A program made the position numbers and the translations under genes. A DNA stretch of 64,000 nucleotides. Source: an uncultured delta proteobacterium (GTDB lineage: Bacteria > Desulfobacterota > Desulfobacteria > Desulfobacterales > SpSt-501). Under the pieces are notes generated by a model. It was not told where the DNA came from. It worked only from the letters and a program-made list of their open reading frames with translations, and did no database searches. The stretch is taken from contig CAVQTH010000045.1 in assembly GCA_963716325.1 (NCBI GenBank), forward strand, positions 1,505 to 65,504, in the 5' to 3' direction. Positions 58,494 to 64,000 of this stretch are shown piece after piece; the first letter of the stretch is position 1; the number at the start of each line of letters is the position of its first letter.

Positions 58494-59054
58494 ATGATGA
58501 AACACCTTCGTTTGACGACCATTCTCTTGGTGTTTGCATTTGTTGCGGGTGCACTCACCAGCCCGCATCCCGCCATAGCGGCGTCCGCCGCAGAAATTGA
58601 CCGTGATGCACAGAAAGCCCTGGGGGATCTATATGCAAAATCCCCATCAGCCAAAACGATGGGTGAAAAGGCGATAGGCATCCTGGTCTTTCCGGGCATC
58701 GTCAAGGGGGGTTTTATAGTGGGCGGCCAATATGGCGAGGGCGCTCTGATCAAAGACGGAAAGACGGTTGGGTACTATAACACGATTGCGGCCTCTTATG
58801 GACTGCAGGCCGGCCTTCAGAAATTTGGCTACGCGCTCTTTTTCATGACCGAGTCCGCCCTGAAGTGGCTCGACAAGAGTGATGGCTGGGAAATCGGCGT
58901 CGGTCCGAGCATCGTCGTCGTGGACGTCGGTGCGGCCGCATCCATGACGAGCACCACCCTTCAATCCGATATCTATGCGTTTTTCTTTGATCAGAAGGGA
59001 CTGATGGCGGGGCTCGGTTTGCAGGGTACGAAAATCACCAGACTCGAAAAATAG
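58494..59054 (+). CDS. SYLF (Ysc84-like, DUF500) lipid-binding domain protein, secreted
   Basis: 186 aa. AIGILVFPGIVKGGFIVGGQYGEGAL, SYGLQAG and FFFDQKGLMAGLGLQGTKI fit the SYLF domain. Confidence 0.7.
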   Translation: MMKHLRLTTILLVFAFVAGALTSPHPAIAASAAEIDRDAQKALGDLYAKSPSAKTMGEKAIGILVFPGIVKGGFIVGGQYGEGALIKDGKTVGYYNTIAASYGLQAGLQKFGYALFFMTESALKWLDKSDGWEIGVGPSIVVVDVGAAASMTSTTLQSDIYAFFFDQKGLMAGLGLQGTKITRLEK

Positions 59055-59350
59055 ACACCCTCTGAACCGAGTGTTGTCAGCAGGCGCATCAGCAGAGAAT
59101 CTGAAAAGTAAGCCAACGATGCAAGGGTGCGCTGAAAGATGTTGGGCTGAAATAGAACAGATGATATTATAATACACTGGCTGAACCAGGGGTTAATCTC
59201 GCCCGTATCCTGCACAATCATTATGACGAAACTGTTCGACCTCTCAAATAGGAAGGAGCTGGATTTACAGCGACTAGAGGATTCTGTGCACACCGTTTTG
59301 AGTTTACAAACCGGACGCGGAATCCCTATCCGGCCGACAGGAGGCTTGTC

Positions 59351-61861
<2,511 letters not shown>

Positions 61862-61996
61862 GCAGCTGATTGAGAGGAAGCCCAGCCTGGACAAGCCGGG
61901 ACCAAATGTGAAATTCAAAGTGTGCCCATCTTGCATGGAATTTCACTCTTTAGGGACTAAGGTGCCAACCAACAGTTGCCGACAGAGGGGCCCCGC

Positions 61997-62542
61997 ATGA
62001 TAAACGCAGCAAACTACGACAAAACCGCAACGCTTAAAAACGGGATCGAGGTGAAGGTCCGTTCGATCCGGCCGGACGACAAGAAGCGGTTGGCCGAGGC
62101 CTTCAAGAACCTCGATCCTGAGTCGATCTACACGCGCTTCTTCCATCACAAAAAAATGCTGACCGAAGAAGAGCTCAAATCCGCAACCGAAATTGATTTC
62201 GAAAGCGCGGTCGCTTTAGTGGTTTCGACCGGCGAAGGGGAACATGAGACCATCATCGGGGCAGGACGCTACATGGTCATCGATGCGACCGGCAAATTGC
62301 GCAGCGCGGAGGTGGCGTTTACGGTCGAGGAGGACTACCATCGGCAAGGGATTGCCCGCATCCTGCTGCAGCACCTGGCTGCCATCGCCCGCGAAAAAGG
62401 CCTGTCCCGCTTTGTAGCGGAGGTCCTTCCGGAAAACAGAGGCATGCTCACTGTCTTTTCCCGCAGCGGGCTGCATATGAAAACAGAGCATGGGGGAGAC
62501 GCCGTGCATGTGACGATGTCTTTGACGGAAGAGGTCTTCTAA
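61997..62542 (+). CDS. GNAT family N-acetyltransferase, Pat-type acetyltransferase domain
   Basis: VRSIRPDDKKRLAEAFKNLDPESIYTRFF...TEIDFESAVALV...HRQGIARILLQHL resembles the C-terminal GNAT of protein lysine acetyltransferase Pat. ATG 61997 chosen. Confidence 0.75.
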   Translation: MINAANYDKTATLKNGIEVKVRSIRPDDKKRLAEAFKNLDPESIYTRFFHHKKMLTEEELKSATEIDFESAVALVVSTGEGEHETIIGAGRYMVIDATGKLRSAEVAFTVEEDYHRQGIARILLQHLAAIAREKGLSRFVAEVLPENRGMLTVFSRSGLHMKTEHGGDAVHVTMSLTEEVF

Positions 62543-62544
62543 TC

Positions 62545-63750
62545 ATGTACCAAAATTTGGCGATCCTGGCGGCGTTTGTCCTTGTCTACAGCGCCGTCGC
62601 CGGGCGCCTTGAGAAAACACCCATCAGCGGGGCGATCGTTGCCATGGGCTTCGGCTTCGCCTGCGGGCCGCTCGGGCTGGGAATATTTACGCCCCACGTA
62701 GACGAGGAGCTGCTGCGGACACTGGCCGAATTGACCCTTGCCCTGGTCCTGTTTACGGATGCAGCCAATGCAAACCTGAGCGTTCTCAAGCTCAGCCTGC
62801 AGCTCCCGGAGCGACTGTTGTTGATCGGCCTTCCCCTGACCATTCTGCTCGGCTTCGGCTTCGGTTTCCTGGTTTTTCCCGGCATGCCCCTGTTCGAGCT
62901 CGCCGTTCTTGCGACCATGCTCGCGCCGACCGACGCCGCCCTGGGCAAGGCCGTGGTGACCAATCCGGCCGTTCCGGCAACGTTGCGGGAGGGCTTGAAC
63001 GTGGAAAGCGGCCTCAATGACGGAATCTGCGTTCCCATTCTGTTCGTGTTTCTCGCCCTCGCATCCCGTGCGGCCGTGAATGAGAGCGGATTTCAGCTCG
63101 CATTGGTTCTGGTCGCGCAGCAAATCGGCATCGGCCTGGCTGTCGGCATCGGCCTGACGGCCGCCGCCGGCTGGATTCTGAAACGGTGTGCGCAGCGCAA
63201 CTGGATCACCGAAACCTGGCGGCAGCTCCCGGTGGTCGCCCTGGCGTTTGTGTGTTTCGCCGCGGCCCAGGTGCTCGGCGGCAGCGGGTTCATCGCCTCC
63301 TTCACCGGCGGCATTCTTTTCGGGGCGTTGGCGAAAGAGCACAAGCACGATCTGCTGCGCGCGGCCGAGGGCGCCGGCGACACGCTGTCGCTTGCCACCT
63401 GGATGTCTTTCGGGGCGGCCGTCGTCGGGCAGGTCATATGGGAATTCAGCTGGCCGATCCTGATGTATTCCTTACTCAGCTTGACCGTCGTTCGCATGTT
63501 GCCGGTATACCTGTCGCTTGCCGGTTCAAGCCTGAAACCGGGCAGCCGGCTCTTTCTCGGGTGGTTCGGCCCGCGCGGTCTTGCCACCGTCGTGTTCGCC
63601 GTCATCGTCCTGAACCATCACCTCTCGGGCGGGCAGGAGCTGGCGCTGACGGCAGCCTGCACGGTGATTTTGAGCATTCTCGCGCACGGATTCAGCGCGA
63701 ACCCGCTTGCGGCGTCACTGGGTGCAAAGGAGGTTTCAAGAGCAGAATGA
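62545..63750 (+). CDS. Cation:proton antiporter (CPA1 / Na+-H+ exchanger family)
   Basis: 401 aa, about 11 TM segments. LAPTDAALG and LNVESGLNDG motifs. Confidence 0.85.
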   Translation: MYQNLAILAAFVLVYSAVAGRLEKTPISGAIVAMGFGFACGPLGLGIFTPHVDEELLRTLAELTLALVLFTDAANANLSVLKLSLQLPERLLLIGLPLTILLGFGFGFLVFPGMPLFELAVLATMLAPTDAALGKAVVTNPAVPATLREGLNVESGLNDGICVPILFVFLALASRAAVNESGFQLALVLVAQQIGIGLAVGIGLTAAAGWILKRCAQRNWITETWRQLPVVALAFVCFAAAQVLGGSGFIASFTGGILFGALAKEHKHDLLRAAEGAGDTLSLATWMSFGAAVVGQVIWEFSWPILMYSLLSLTVVRMLPVYLSLAGSSLKPGSRLFLGWFGPRGLATVVFAVIVLNHHLSGGQELALTAACTVILSILAHGFSANPLAASLGAKEVSRAE

Positions 63751-64000
63751 TTGCATGCGCAAAGGTCGGGATTAACTGCCTAAGATGAGGCGAAATGCTG
63801 TCGAACATCGCCATCGGCGCAATACTGATTCTTCTTACAACCGCCGTTCATCATGATCGACATGAGTAAGGCACATGGTGGGAATACTGAAATATGGGCT
63901 CCGGTCGCGATGAATAGTATTGCCAATCAAAGGTTTTCGTTATATTTAAAGCATTTATTTTGCATCTTCTTTAGGAGGAGCTATCGCAAAGGGGGCAACG

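Noticed and set aside
63795-63869. Short ORF MLSNIAIGAILILLTTAVHHDRHE
   Set aside because: Only 24 codons. It resembles the first TM helix of an ion-channel-like protein but stops immediately; too little evidence to call a gene or a relic.

Overview
High-GC chromosomal window whose gene content (tungstate uptake, tungsten-type aldehyde:ferredoxin oxidoreductase, split-Soret-like cytochrome, Mla and MacAB envelope systems) suggests an anaerobic Desulfobacterota-type bacterium; the taxon is inference only. I call about 60 protein genes. I saw no rRNA, tRNA or CRISPR array. Layout: (1) tupABC tungstate transporter, an HTH+PBP-domain regulator and nth. (2) A conserved translation cluster: rlmN, then ffh-rpsP-KH-rimM-trmD-SPOUT-rplS-rnhB-yraN-rsmI. 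(3) ADP-forming acetyl-CoA synthetase and a PPTase. (4) A MacA/MacB/outer-membrane-factor efflux operon. (5) A visibly lower-GC accessory islet at about 21.5-29.3 kb, holding an orphan membrane protein, a three-gene split sensor module bracketed by a dispersed repeat, integrase and STAS relics, and vapBC. (6) A fragmented MscS-family gene, an aminotransferase, a quinone oxidoreductase, an orphan ParM-like actin, ykgJ, yceD, yihY and a STAS gene. (7) An mlaE-mlaF-mlaD-mlaC operon. (8) A carbohydrate block gpmA-pgm-pyk-pgi, with glgP further on. (9) A ferredoxin + AOR pair. (10) A lipoprotein hydrolase-DUF3300-DUF2950 operon. (11) A lower-GC stretch with a candidate selenoprotein and three small secreted proteins. 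(12) A GNAT and a CPA1 antiporter. The most notable observations are these. An in-frame UGA with a SECIS-like hairpin merges two ORFs into a Tat-signal, Cys-cluster, di-haem protein. MlaF is fused to a degenerate GGDEF domain. A substrate-binding-PAS / V4R / soluble hybrid kinase module lies between direct repeats. Three genes (trmD, pgi, an MscS-family gene) are broken by single-base frame changes; this looks more like assembly indels than decay but needs read-level checking. Several intergenic repeat families are present (REP-like hairpins, heptamer tandem arrays). Many long antisense ORFs in the track are high-GC artefacts and are not called.
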